Made by a program: the position numbers and the translations under genes. A stretch of 64,000 nt of DNA from Deltaproteobacteria bacterium (GTDB taxonomy: Bacteria > Myxococcota_A > UBA9042 > PHBI01). The notes beneath the pieces are model-generated. The model was given only the letters and a program-made list of their open reading frames with translations. It was not told the origin of the DNA and ran no database searches. The stretch lies in assembly GCA_011526585.1 (NCBI GenBank), contig WYBB01000243.1:16495-80494 (forward strand), written 5' to 3'. Shown here piece by piece: positions 1 to 9,197 of the stretch (the stretch's first letter is position 1; every line of letters starts with the position of its first letter).

Positions 1-979
1 GAAGGGCGTAGCGCAGGAGCGCGAGCGCTTCGCCCGAGCGGCCGAGCTCGGGGCCGACGACGACGAGGCCGAGGCGCGGGGAGAGCGAGGCGTGGTCGAG
101 CGCGTCGAGGAAGGAGCGCAGCGCGGCGGGGTCGCGGAGCCAGAGGGCGGCGCGGCCGAGCTCGGCGAGCTCGGAGGCGATGCGCTCGGCGGCGCGGTGC
201 TTGCCGGCGCCGGGCGGGGCGGCGATGGCGAGCGCGAGGCCGTGGGGGTGGGCAAGCGCGCGCTCGGCCTGGTAGGCGGCGAGGACCGTCGCGAGGAAGG
301 CGTCGGGGTGGCCGGCGACGGCGGGCTCGCGCTCGAAGAGCGGCGGGGCGCCGAGGGCGCGGTGCAGCGCGGCGTGGGCGGCTTCGTCGGGCGGGGTCTG
401 CGCGGGGGGGGGCGCGGCGGCGGGCGTGGGTGGGGGCGCGCTGCGCGGGGGGGCCAGCGCGCGCGCGGCGGCGACGAAGAGGGTCGGGGCGAGCGCCCAG
501 GTGGCCGGATCGAGCGTGTCGGATGTGAGCGGCAGGGCGACGACGAGGCCGAGCGCGAGCGCGTGGCAAGCCCAGCGCAGCGGGCGGCGCACGCCTTCGA
601 GGGCGTGGCCGTCGGGCGCGACGCCGACGAGCAGGGCGAGCGAAGGGGCGGGCGGGGCGTCGAGCGGGCGACGCAGGAGGAGGTGAAGGGCGCTCGTGAG
701 CACGACGAGGGCGGCGAGGCTGAGCGCGAGGGCGGCGAGCGCACCCTGGGCGCCGTGAGCGGCGATCCCGGCGCGAGGCGCGAGCGCGTCGAGCCAGGAG
801 TGGCCGAGCGCCATGTGGCTCAGCAGGACGGTCAGGGCGACGACGGCGCCGGCCAGGAGCCAGTGGGAGCCGCGGGCCGGGGCGACGAGGGCCGGCGCGA
901 GCCGGGCGGTCGCGCGCGCGAAGAGGTGTGCAATGAGAATACAGGTGATTGCGATGGAGGCTGTCGTAATGAATGTCAA
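1..979 (-). CDS. Membrane protein with degenerate P-loop motif (partial, runs off window edge)
   Basis: Not in ORF track because it has no stop in the window. TTG at 979 overlaps the TGA of the upstream gene, with GGAGG just upstream; frame is open to position 1. Translation MTFITTASIAITCILIAHLF..., several hydrophobic segments, then LALAIAAPPGAGKH (Walker A-like, 197-220). Confidence 0.75.
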   Translation of the reverse strand, partial: MTFITTASIAITCILIAHLFARATARLAPALVAPARGSHWLLAGAVVALTVLLSHMALGHSWLDALAPRAGIAAHGAQGALAALALSLAALVVLTSALHLLLRRPLDAPPAPSLALLVGVAPDGHALEGVRRPLRWACHALALGLVVALPLTSDTLDPATWALAPTLFVAAARALAPPRSAPPPTPAAAPPPAQTPPDEAAHAALHRALGAPPLFEREPAVAGHPDAFLATVLAAYQAERALAHPHGLALAIAAPPGAGKHRAAERIASELAELGRAALWLRDPAALRSFLDALDHASLSPRLGLVVVGPELGRSGEALALLRYAL

Positions 980-2694
980 GACGGCCTCCAGCAGATGATG
1001 ACGTGGGCGTCGCGAGATGATTGCAGGATACGGTCCGCGCGCAGGTCGAGCTCGTCGGAGGAGAACGGCGCGGGGAGCAGCGCGAGGCGGCGCGCGGGCA
1101 GCCCGTGGGGGACCAGGGCGCCGAGGGCGCGGTCGAGCGAGGCGAGCGCGGTGGCGAGCGGGGGCCGGAGCGCGGCGGCGACGTCGCTGCGCGTGAGCCA
1201 GGGGGGCGCGCGCTGGGGGCCGACGAGCTCGCGGGCGGTCTCGAGCGGGTCGAGCAGGGTCGGCAGGGCGTGGCGCCAGTCGCCGGCGAGCTCGTGGCGA
1301 AGGCGCTGCACGAGGGGCTCGGGGCGCGGGTCGAGGAGGGCTTCGGCGGGGCGGAGGTCGACGGCGAGGTCGTGAACGGCGAGGTCGGTCGCGTGCGTCG
1401 GGTCGGTCGGCTGGGGGGTGAGCGGAGCGGGAGCGCTCGCGAGGTGGCGGCGGGAGTGACGCTCGAGGGCGGCGAGGCGGTCGCGCTCGGCGTCGAGCTC
1501 GGACGCGAGCCAGGTGCGTGCGCCGCGGACGAGCGCCGGGGCGAGCGCGCGTCGGGCGTGGTGCTCGTGGGCGCGTCGGGCTTGGTCGAGGTCGCGCTGG
1601 GCGTCGTCACGCGCGCGGCGGGTGAGGGCGCGACGGAGCGCGGTGGCGAGACGGGCGGCGCCAGAGAGCGCGAGGAAGGCGGCGCCGCCGAGGGTGGCGG
1701 CGAGCGCGTGGCCGCCGCCGGTGACGGAGGCGTCGAGCGCGGGGCCGAGCGCGAGGCCGGTGAGGGCGGCGGCCGGGGCGGCCCAGGCGAGGGTGAGCAG
1801 CGTGGTGCCGGGGAGCGCGTGCGGGATCCGGGCGAGGCGCGCCTGGGTGGCTCGGAGCGCGCCGTCGTGGGGCGCGGGCGCGGCCGGGGGAGCAGGGTCG
1901 GGGAGGGTGAGGTCGGTGCGCACGCGGTCGAGCGAACGCTGCAGCGGGGCGAGCGCGGCGAGGCCGTGCAGCGCGAGCGCGCGGTCGGTGGCGGCGCGGA
2001 CCTCGGCGCTGAAGCGCTCGGCGGCGGCGAGCGCGTCGCGGCGCAGGGACTCCGGCTCGACGCCGGTGTCGAGGTGCGCGGCGAGCGCGTCGGGATCGAG
2101 GGCCGGCGGTAGCGTGGGGGCGTCCAGGGCGATGGCGCGGCCGTCGTCGAGCTCGGCGGCGACCACGGCGTGGGCGCGCGAGAGCAGGCGGCGCGCGAGG
2201 TTGTCGCGCAGCGCGGGCGCGGACAGGTGGGCGCTGGCTGCGAGCGCGAAGCCGAGGCCGGGGGTGGACCAGAGCGGCTCCTGGTCGGGGCGGGCGGTGG
2301 AGGGGTGAAGGTGGGCGCCGGCGGCCTGCATGCGATCGATCACGGCGGCGAGCAGGCTGCCGAGGCGATGCACGCGCGTGAGGCCGTCGAGCGGTTGTCC
2401 GAAGGCATCGGCGGGCACGGCCCAGGTCGGCGCGTCGAGCGGGGGCGGGGCCGGGTCGGCGTCGGGTGGCGGCGCGTCGAGCAAGAGCGCCACGGTGTAG
2501 CCGGCGAGCGAGCCGGCGGGGGCTTCGAGACCGATCCAGATCGCGCGCGCGGCGGTGCCGCGGGTCCCGTCGTCGCGCAGCTCGACGCCGGGGCGGCGGG
2601 CGACGCGCTCGATGGTCGCGCGCAAGGCGGCGGCCAGCGGGTGGTTGCGAGGCGGGCGTTGGGCGACGACCGCGATCGGAGGGGCGTCGCTCAT
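976..2694 (-). CDS. Membrane-anchored coiled-coil protein, possible degenerate paralog of the adjacent tubulin-like protein
   Basis: 572-aa ORF with ATGA coupling to the upstream gene; two central hydrophobic helices flanked by helical regions; GFALAASAHLSAPALRDNLARR resembles GAIGASVIELPRERLVRYCARR of the neighbour. Confidence 0.7.
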   Translation of the reverse strand: MSDAPPIAVVAQRPPRNHPLAAALRATIERVARRPGVELRDDGTRGTAARAIWIGLEAPAGSLAGYTVALLLDAPPPDADPAPPPLDAPTWAVPADAFGQPLDGLTRVHRLGSLLAAVIDRMQAAGAHLHPSTARPDQEPLWSTPGLGFALAASAHLSAPALRDNLARRLLSRAHAVVAAELDDGRAIALDAPTLPPALDPDALAAHLDTGVEPESLRRDALAAAERFSAEVRAATDRALALHGLAALAPLQRSLDRVRTDLTLPDPAPPAAPAPHDGALRATQARLARIPHALPGTTLLTLAWAAPAAALTGLALGPALDASVTGGGHALAATLGGAAFLALSGAARLATALRRALTRRARDDAQRDLDQARRAHEHHARRALAPALVRGARTWLASELDAERDRLAALERHSRRHLASAPAPLTPQPTDPTHATDLAVHDLAVDLRPAEALLDPRPEPLVQRLRHELAGDWRHALPTLLDPLETARELVGPQRAPPWLTRSDVAAALRPPLATALASLDRALGALVPHGLPARRLALLPAPFSSDELDLRADRILQSSRDAHVIICWRPS

Positions 2695-5600
2695 GCTGCG
2701 CGCCGCTCGATGTCAGGGGCGGTGAGGGCGCGGGCGAGGGCGCCGTAGGCGGCGGCTTCGAGGCCGTGTCCGTCGGCCTCGGCGTCGAAACGGCAGCCGG
2801 CGAGGGTGGCGGCCATGGCGGGGGTGCGCTCGGGCTCGGCGGCGAGGATGGCGGCGGAGGCTTCTTCGAGCGGTTCGCGCAGCGCGTCCGAGAGCGAGGC
2901 CCAGGCGGTCGCGAGGTGGCGCGCGCTGGGTCCGAGGTCGCCCTCCTTGCCGCGCAGGCGCCAGCGGAAGCGCTCGCCTTCGCGGTGCACGACGCCGGCG
3001 GCGAGCGCGCGCGCGACGGCGGTGAGGCCGGCGGCGGCGAGGCGGGCTCTGGCGTCTTCCCAGACGCGGCGGGTCACCGGGTCGAGCCCCGGCAGGCCGT
3101 CGCCCTCCCAGCGGTGATCGATGTGCAGCGGCTCCTTGCGCAGCGGGTCGCGCGACTCGTGGGCGTAGGCGAGGGCGAGCGGGCCCTGCACCTCGACCCA
3201 GGCGTAGAGCGGCACGCCGAGGCAGGCTTGATAGAAGGAGACGAGGTCGGGCGAGGTCCAGTCCTCGAGGCGCTCGAAGCCGCTGGCACCGACGCCGAGC
3301 GCCTCGGCGATGACCGGCGCGTGCTCGAGGTGGGTGGTGGAGACGCCGACGAAGCGGGGGCGGTAGGGCGAGAACTCGCGGCCGGCGACGACCGGCTCGT
3401 CGAAGCGGCCGAGCGCGCGGGACATGCCGGCGACGCGCGCGATCTTGTCGGCGAGGTAGTCGCGGATCCGGGGTAGCGCGACGGCGTCGAGCGCGGCCTT
3501 CGTGGGGGCCTGGTGGGCGGTCAGCGCGAAGCGCGCCTCGAGCACGAGCGCGTCGGCGAGGGTGAGCGGTTGATCGACGCTCAGGTGTCGGGCGACGCGC
3601 TCGCGATGGAGCTCGTCGAGATCGTGGGCGATGCGGTAGAGCACGCGCTCGGCGTCGCCGGCCTGCAGGTGGCGATCGATGGCGGGCAGGAGGTCCTGCA
3701 GCGGCACGTGCAGGCTCGGCTCGACGACGAGGCGCCAGAGCTCGTCCCAGGCGCGCACGCCGGCGCGCTCGTCGTGGAAGACCTCGGAGCCGAGGTGGAA
3801 CTCGCCGGCGACGCCGTCGGGGCCGAGCGCGTCGTCGGCGGGCTTCGCGCTCGGGGCGTCGGCGATGTCGCCGACGGCGAGCCCGCGCGCGCGGCTGCGC
3901 TCGGCGTCGGCGCGCAGGTGCGAGACGAGGCCGAGGCCCTGCTTGGCGATGGCGCGGAAGACCTCGAGGCGCTGCTTGACCTGCTGCTCGAGCGCGCGCT
4001 GCACGCGCTGCCAGAACTCGACGATCAAGGTCTCCTGGGCGGTGTCGCGGAGCTGGTTGAACCAGGCGACGACGGCCTGGCGGCGCTCGGCGAAGGCCTG
4101 CTCCTTCTTGAAGAGGCGGCGCGCCGCGTCGGAGAGGCCCGCCTCGAGGGCCTGCAGCTGGCGGCGCAGCTCCGGCTGGTCGAGCTTCCAGCTCGAGGGG
4201 TCGGCGGGCGCCAGCGCGAGGTGACGACCGCTCTCGGCGTCGTCGAAGGGCACGATGCACCAGGCGCTGAGGGCTTGGTCGTCCTCGCCGCCGAGGCGCT
4301 GGTCCTCGCGCGCCATGCGGTCGAGCTCGATGAGGAGGAAGCGCTGGCAGAGCGGCGAGACGCGGTAGCGCGAGAAGAAGCGCGTGAGCAGCTGGCCCGA
4401 GGCGAGATCCTTCTCGAGGGCGACGGCGCGATCGGACAGCGCGGCCCGCGCGCGGGAGAGATCGCGCAGCATCGCGTCGCGCTGGGCGTTGAGCGAGGTG
4501 TTCTCGGGCGTGATCGCCGCCGCGTTGATCGAGTCGATGGCGACGAGGTCCTCGGCGGCCTCGAGCTCGACCTTGAGGAGGGCCCGGAAGGCGTCGAGGA
4601 GCGCGCTGGACATGCTCTCGAAGCGATTGATCTCACTGAAGATTCCGGGCTGGTTCGCCGCCTCTTCGCGGCGCGCCTCGCCGCGGATGAAGTCGACGAA
4701 GGCGCGGTCGAGGCGTCGGCCCTGTTCGGACTCGGACAGCGCCTTCCACGCCGGGTCGACGAGATCGATGCGCGCGGCGTCGTCGGAGCCCTGGGCGATG
4801 ACCAGGCGCTCGAGCGCGTCGATGGTGGCGCGGCGCGCGCAGTAGCGCACGAGTCGCTCGCGCGGCAGCTCGATGACCGAGGCGCCGATGGCGCCGTTCT
4901 GCAGGGCGAAGTAGCCGGCGGCCAGGCGGGTCTGGAGCTGGCGGAAGTTGTCGGCCTCGCGCTCCTGGTAGCCGAGGATCGGGGTGAAGAGCTGGAGGTA
5001 GGCGGCCTCGCCGGCGGCGGCGTAGATCGCCTCGATCGTCATCGCCTCCGGGCGGTCGACGAGGTAGACCCAGTCGAAGGGCGCGCGCTCGACGCGGTCG
5101 GTCGGGGCGACGGCCTTGTCGTGGGCGCCGAGCGGGTCGAAGACGAGCTCGATCGGGTCGGGGCCGCCTTCGTAGCGCAGCTCCTGGAAGCGCTCGATCT
5201 CGGTCAGGGCGGCGTAGCCGTTGGCTTCGATCTTGGCGATGAGCGCGGGCGCGACGCGGTCGCGGAAGAGGCTCGGCAGGAAGAAGTTGCCGAAGACCTC
5301 GGCCTCGGCGCCGAGCTCGGCGGCGAGCTTGCGCACGAGGTTGGCGACGACGAGGCTGGCACCCGAGCCGGTGCCGCCGGCGGTCGACGCCCAGAGGTGG
5401 AAGCGCACGCGCTCGGAGCTGCGGTTGGGGGCGCCGGCGCGGAGCGCGCGCTGGAGCTGGCGGCGCAGGATCTCGGTGAGGTTGTGGGGCTGCTGCTCGA
5501 GGACCTGGCAGTGCAGCGAGTAGCGCGCTTCGAGGCGGATCTGGCCGGCGCCGGCGTTGGAGTGCTCGCGGAAGCGGTAGCTCGGGTGCACCCAGCTCGT

Positions 5601-5879
5601 GACGCGGCGGTCCTCGGCGAGGCCCGTCGCTTCGCCGCGGTGCAGCGCGATGCGGCGCGGCTTGTTGGCGATCGAGATGTTGCTCTTGTGCACTTCGCGG
5701 TGCAGGCGCTGGAGGTCGTTCTGATCGGTGTCGACCGCGACGAAGTGCACGAGGTCGGCGTAGCGCGGGAAGCTCGGGTCGGCGGAGAGGCGGCGCGCGA
5801 GCACGTCGACGACGCGGCCGCCCGAGCCGCCGAGGCCGATGAAGAAGGTGGGGCGGAGCTTGTGGGTACCGAGCAGCAT
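2691..5879 (-). CDS. Tubulin/FtsZ-like GTPase (Tubulin_2 / FtsZl-type) with long helical C-terminal extension
   Basis: PTFFIGLGGSGGRV, VAVDTD, NAGAGQIR, STAGGTGSG (tubulin signature) and ANGYAALTEI; 1062 aa; GGAGG upstream of the ATG. Confidence 0.92.
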   Translation of the reverse strand: MLLGTHKLRPTFFIGLGGSGGRVVDVLARRLSADPSFPRYADLVHFVAVDTDQNDLQRLHREVHKSNISIANKPRRIALHRGEATGLAEDRRVTSWVHPSYRFREHSNAGAGQIRLEARYSLHCQVLEQQPHNLTEILRRQLQRALRAGAPNRSSERVRFHLWASTAGGTGSGASLVVANLVRKLAAELGAEAEVFGNFFLPSLFRDRVAPALIAKIEANGYAALTEIERFQELRYEGGPDPIELVFDPLGAHDKAVAPTDRVERAPFDWVYLVDRPEAMTIEAIYAAAGEAAYLQLFTPILGYQEREADNFRQLQTRLAAGYFALQNGAIGASVIELPRERLVRYCARRATIDALERLVIAQGSDDAARIDLVDPAWKALSESEQGRRLDRAFVDFIRGEARREEAANQPGIFSEINRFESMSSALLDAFRALLKVELEAAEDLVAIDSINAAAITPENTSLNAQRDAMLRDLSRARAALSDRAVALEKDLASGQLLTRFFSRYRVSPLCQRFLLIELDRMAREDQRLGGEDDQALSAWCIVPFDDAESGRHLALAPADPSSWKLDQPELRRQLQALEAGLSDAARRLFKKEQAFAERRQAVVAWFNQLRDTAQETLIVEFWQRVQRALEQQVKQRLEVFRAIAKQGLGLVSHLRADAERSRARGLAVGDIADAPSAKPADDALGPDGVAGEFHLGSEVFHDERAGVRAWDELWRLVVEPSLHVPLQDLLPAIDRHLQAGDAERVLYRIAHDLDELHRERVARHLSVDQPLTLADALVLEARFALTAHQAPTKAALDAVALPRIRDYLADKIARVAGMSRALGRFDEPVVAGREFSPYRPRFVGVSTTHLEHAPVIAEALGVGASGFERLEDWTSPDLVSFYQACLGVPLYAWVEVQGPLALAYAHESRDPLRKEPLHIDHRWEGDGLPGLDPVTRRVWEDARARLAAAGLTAVARALAAGVVHREGERFRWRLRGKEGDLGPSARHLATAWASLSDALREPLEEASAAILAAEPERTPAMAATLAGCRFDAEADGHGLEAAAYGALARALTAPDIERRAA

Positions 5880-5904
5880 GGTGGGCCTCCGTAGGGGCAG
5901 CAGG

Positions 5905-8385
5905 TCAGACGAGCACGCGGAAGACGAAGCGTTGGTTGACGCGATAGGTGGCGCCGGAGAGCAGGAACGGCTCGGCGCGGCGGTCGATGGGCACCCACTG
6001 GCCGCGCTGGCGGCGCTCGACGGCGGAGCCGCGCGGGTAGAGGGCGATGCGGCCGCGGTCGGCGCGGAGCTGCACGGCGTGGGGGCGGGTGCGCTTGACG
6101 GTGAAGCCGGAGGGGTCGATGGCGCAGGTGGCGGTGCGGTAGAAGCCGCGACGGCCGTGCGGGACCGAGCGCAGGGGGCGGCCGGGGTCCTTGGCGAGGC
6201 GGCGCTCCTGGTCGGCGACCTGGATGAAGGCGCCCGCGGGGAAGGCGTGCGGGCGCAGGTAGCCCCAGACGATGAAGAGGGTGAGCAGGGTGCCGATGAC
6301 GATGAGGCACCACCAGAGGTTGCAGGCGAGCCAGGTCGAGGGGGTGATCGCGGAGGCGAAGACGCGCGTGTGGGCGCTGCGCTCGGACGTGGCGAGGCGC
6401 GGGTCGGCGGGCGCGATGGTGAGCGCGGCGTGCAGGTCCGCGGGGGCTTCGGTGCAGCCCGGGGGCGCCCAGCAGATGGCGATGGGGGCGGAGGAGGGCG
6501 GCAGGGTGAGCGGGTGGTCGCGGCGCAGGCGGTGGGGCTCGTCGCCGCGGAGGAGGGTGACGGTGAGGTCGTCGTACGGGTCGGTGCGGGTGACGGTGAG
6601 GGCGGCGCGGTCGAGGGCGCGGCCGTGGGTGAGGTCGAGCGGCTGACAGTGGGCGTCGAGGTCGCAGCCGGCGGGCACGGTGCCGAGGTCGTGGCTCGGC
6701 AGGAGGCGCACGACCGCGTCGGGCAGGATCTCCATGCGCGCGGGCGCCGAGCGGATCTCGCCGCCGGGGTGGCGCAGCACGAGCTCGGCCTGGAGGGTGT
6801 GGGGCGCGGCGGGCAGCGGGTGGGAGACCTCGAAGCGGTCGCCGGCGAGGCTCATGGCGTGCTCGCGCCCGTCGAGGACGATGGTGGCGGCGAGGGAGTG
6901 CGCGCGGATCTCGTCGCCCGCGAGCGCGCGCCCGTCGGCGCTGACGACGGTGAGGGTGTAGGTCATCGTCTGCCCTTCGATCGTCCACTCGGGCAGGGTC
7001 AGCGTCGGCGGCAACCAGGCGCTGATCGGGGTGGGCGCGGGCGCAGGGGTGGGCGAGGGTGTCGGGGAGGCAGGGGTCGGCGGCGGTTGGGGCGTGGGCG
7101 CGGGCGGTGCGGGCTCGGGCGTGGCGGTGACGTCGAGGCGCGCGGGGTTGTCGCGCGTGACGATCACCTCCGGTGATGCGAGGTCGGCCGTGCTCGAGGT
7201 GAAGCGCGCGACGAGAGCCCAGCTCGCTTCGGGCAGAGGCGCCTGGACCTCGACCTGCGCCCAGCCGCTTGCATCCAGCGTCATCGCAATCGACTCGCGC
7301 CGACCGTCGCGCGCGATCACCAGCGTCGGTCCGAGCCCGAGCTCACGCAGCGCCTCGAGGTCGTCGACGTGCAGGCCCCGGTGGGTCAGGTGCGCGCGCG
7401 CCACGAAGCGCTCCGCGCTCGGCTCGATCGTCGCCGGCGCCTCCAACGCGACCTCGAGATCGTACTCGAGGATCACCCCCCAGGCGACCGGCCCGTCCGC
7501 GCGCACGAGACGCAGCTCGGGCTCCACCCCCGCCTTCGCCTCGCTGCTCAACGTTCCGAGCGCCAGCCGCGGGCGCGGCCCGACCGGCAGCTCCATCGGC
7601 GACTTCGACCCGGTGCGCGCCGCCTGCACGAGCAGGTCCGCCGGCATCATCGGCCGCGTGTGGTCGATCACCACCGACCTCACGTCGCCCCCGAGCGCGA
7701 GCTCCGCGGCGAAGTCCTCGCCCGCGCGCGCGCCGAGGAGCAGCACGTGCAGCCGGCTCACGTAGCGCCCGAGCGGGATCGGCACCCGCTCGCCGCCGCG
7801 CTCGATGCGCCCCCAGCGTGGGATGCTGCCGAAGGACGCCGCCAGGTGCGTCGCCATGAGCCGCGCCATGTCGAAGCCGTCGCGCGCGAAGTGCGTGCGC
7901 CCGACACAGAGATCTCCCGCATCGCTCGTGCCGAGCTGGAAGCACCCGAAGCCGATCCGTGCGTCCGCCTGTAACGCTCGGTCGATCGCCGCCCGCGCCA
8001 GCGGGTCGCTCGGCTCGGCGTCGGTCACCAGCGCGATCTCCACGCGCGCCGCGCGCGACGCCTCCGCCACCTGGATCGCCTCCGCGATCGCCTTCGCGTA
8101 GAAGGTCCCGTTCTCGCGCTCGTAGCGCAGGTACTCCCCGGGCGTGAGGTGCCGCACGGGCCCGAGCGGCGAGCCCTGCGCCAGGGTCAGCACCGTCAGC
8201 CGCTCCGGGTTCTTCTCGCCGACCATGCGTTGGAAGAGCTGCGGTACGGCCAGCGCGAAGCCGTGCACGTCGAAGTCCGTCTCCATAGAGCCCGAGTCGT
8301 CGAGCACCAGCACGTGGTGTACGTCCTCACGCGGCGCCGCCTCCACGGCCAGCGCCGCCGCGATCACGACGACCAGCGCGCTCAC
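5905..8385 (-). CDS. Single-pass membrane vWA-domain protein
   Basis: Signal peptide; MIDAS motif VLDDSGSM and LVTDAEP; Pro/Thr-rich linker; Cys-containing beta region; TM helix (LWWCLIVIGTLLTLFIVWGYL); ~120-aa C-terminal tail. Confidence 0.88.
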   Translation of the reverse strand: MSALVVVIAAALAVEAAPREDVHHVLVLDDSGSMETDFDVHGFALAVPQLFQRMVGEKNPERLTVLTLAQGSPLGPVRHLTPGEYLRYERENGTFYAKAIAEAIQVAEASRAARVEIALVTDAEPSDPLARAAIDRALQADARIGFGCFQLGTSDAGDLCVGRTHFARDGFDMARLMATHLAASFGSIPRWGRIERGGERVPIPLGRYVSRLHVLLLGARAGEDFAAELALGGDVRSVVIDHTRPMMPADLLVQAARTGSKSPMELPVGPRPRLALGTLSSEAKAGVEPELRLVRADGPVAWGVILEYDLEVALEAPATIEPSAERFVARAHLTHRGLHVDDLEALRELGLGPTLVIARDGRRESIAMTLDASGWAQVEVQAPLPEASWALVARFTSSTADLASPEVIVTRDNPARLDVTATPEPAPPAPTPQPPPTPASPTPSPTPAPAPTPISAWLPPTLTLPEWTIEGQTMTYTLTVVSADGRALAGDEIRAHSLAATIVLDGREHAMSLAGDRFEVSHPLPAAPHTLQAELVLRHPGGEIRSAPARMEILPDAVVRLLPSHDLGTVPAGCDLDAHCQPLDLTHGRALDRAALTVTRTDPYDDLTVTLLRGDEPHRLRRDHPLTLPPSSAPIAICWAPPGCTEAPADLHAALTIAPADPRLATSERSAHTRVFASAITPSTWLACNLWWCLIVIGTLLTLFIVWGYLRPHAFPAGAFIQVADQERRLAKDPGRPLRSVPHGRRGFYRTATCAIDPSGFTVKRTRPHAVQLRADRGRIALYPRGSAVERRQRGQWVPIDRRAEPFLLSGATYRVNQRFVFRVLV

Positions 8386-9197
8386 GGCGCCCCTCCGAAG
8401 AGCGTCGCCGCCACCAGCCCCGCCGCGAAGAACAACGCCCCCGCCAGCGCGAAGCTCAGCGGCGCCAGCCGCTCGATCACCCCCTTCGTCGCGCCCGCGC
8501 CCGGCTCACGCACCAACGCCAACGCCGTCAGATCGTCGGTCTCCCCGGCCCGCCGCGCCCGCGCCACCACCTCGCGCACCAGCGCAAACGGCGCCGCCGG
8601 CAAGGCACCCGGCGCCGGCACCCCCGCCCGCCACCCGCCGTCGCTGACGAGCAGCGCGCGCTCCACCCCCTCGTGCACCACGACCTCGGCCTGCACCGCC
8701 GTCGCCCCGAGGAACGCCGTCAGCCCTCCACACCGGTCCGCGTCGTCGCTCGGCGTCGCCGGTCGCCACAAGGCACCCCCGTCGCTCGTCAGCGCCCGAC
8801 AGTCGCCCACCTTGACCACCGCCAGCCGCCCCCCGCGCCCGAGACACGCCCCGACGAACGCCGCCCCGCCCGCCTCACCGCCGTTTCGCGCCGTCGTGCG
8901 CGCCGCCAGCTCGGCCGCCTCGAACGCCGCCCGCACGATCGCCGCCGGCTCGGTCACCCCGCCCTCGACCGCGCGGCTCGCGCGCTCGACGAACGCGCCC
9001 ACCGCCTCGTCCGCCACCGCGCCCGACGCGCCCGCGCGCCCATCGCCCAGCGGGTCCGAGATCCCGTCTGCCACCGCGCCGACGACCACCTCGTCGAGCT
9101 CAGCCAGCGCCCACCGGTCCTCGGGTGTGCGCTTGCCGCGCCCGACCAGCGAGAAGCCCGCCCCGCGCGTCACCGCGCCCCCGGCCTCGCCGCTCAT
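8382..9197 (-). CDS. PP2C-family Ser/Thr phosphatase with C-terminal TM anchor
   Basis: Motifs PED, AVADG, VKVGDCR, LVSDG, TDDLT; start reassigned to ATG 9197 (ATGA overlap); hydrophobic C-terminus. Confidence 0.85.
   Translation of the reverse strand: MSGEAGGAVTRGAGFSLVGRGKRTPEDRWALAELDEVVVGAVADGISDPLGDGRAGASGAVADEAVGAFVERASRAVEGGVTEPAAIVRAAFEAAELAARTTARNGGEAGGAAFVGACLGRGGRLAVVKVGDCRALTSDGGALWRPATPSDDADRCGGLTAFLGATAVQAEVVVHEGVERALLVSDGGWRAGVPAPGALPAAPFALVREVVARARRAGETDDLTALALVREPGAGATKGVIERLAPLSFALAGALFFAAGLVAATLFGGAP

Noticed and set aside
2691-5879. Calling this the cell-division gene ftsZ
   Set aside because: Far too long, no recognisable T7 loop or C-terminal FtsZ peptide, and no dcw neighbours.
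92-5894. Long plus-strand ORFs (e.g. 92-1375, 1021-2112, 3513-5894) and similar shadows elsewhere (12387-15389, 19766-22660, 59079-61031)
   Set aside because: Antisense or off-frame to motif-bearing genes; low-complexity Arg/Gly/Ala products expected at this GC content.
7020-7130. Repetitive G-rich tract
   Set aside because: Encodes the Pro/Thr/Ala linker of the vWA protein; not a separate repeat element.
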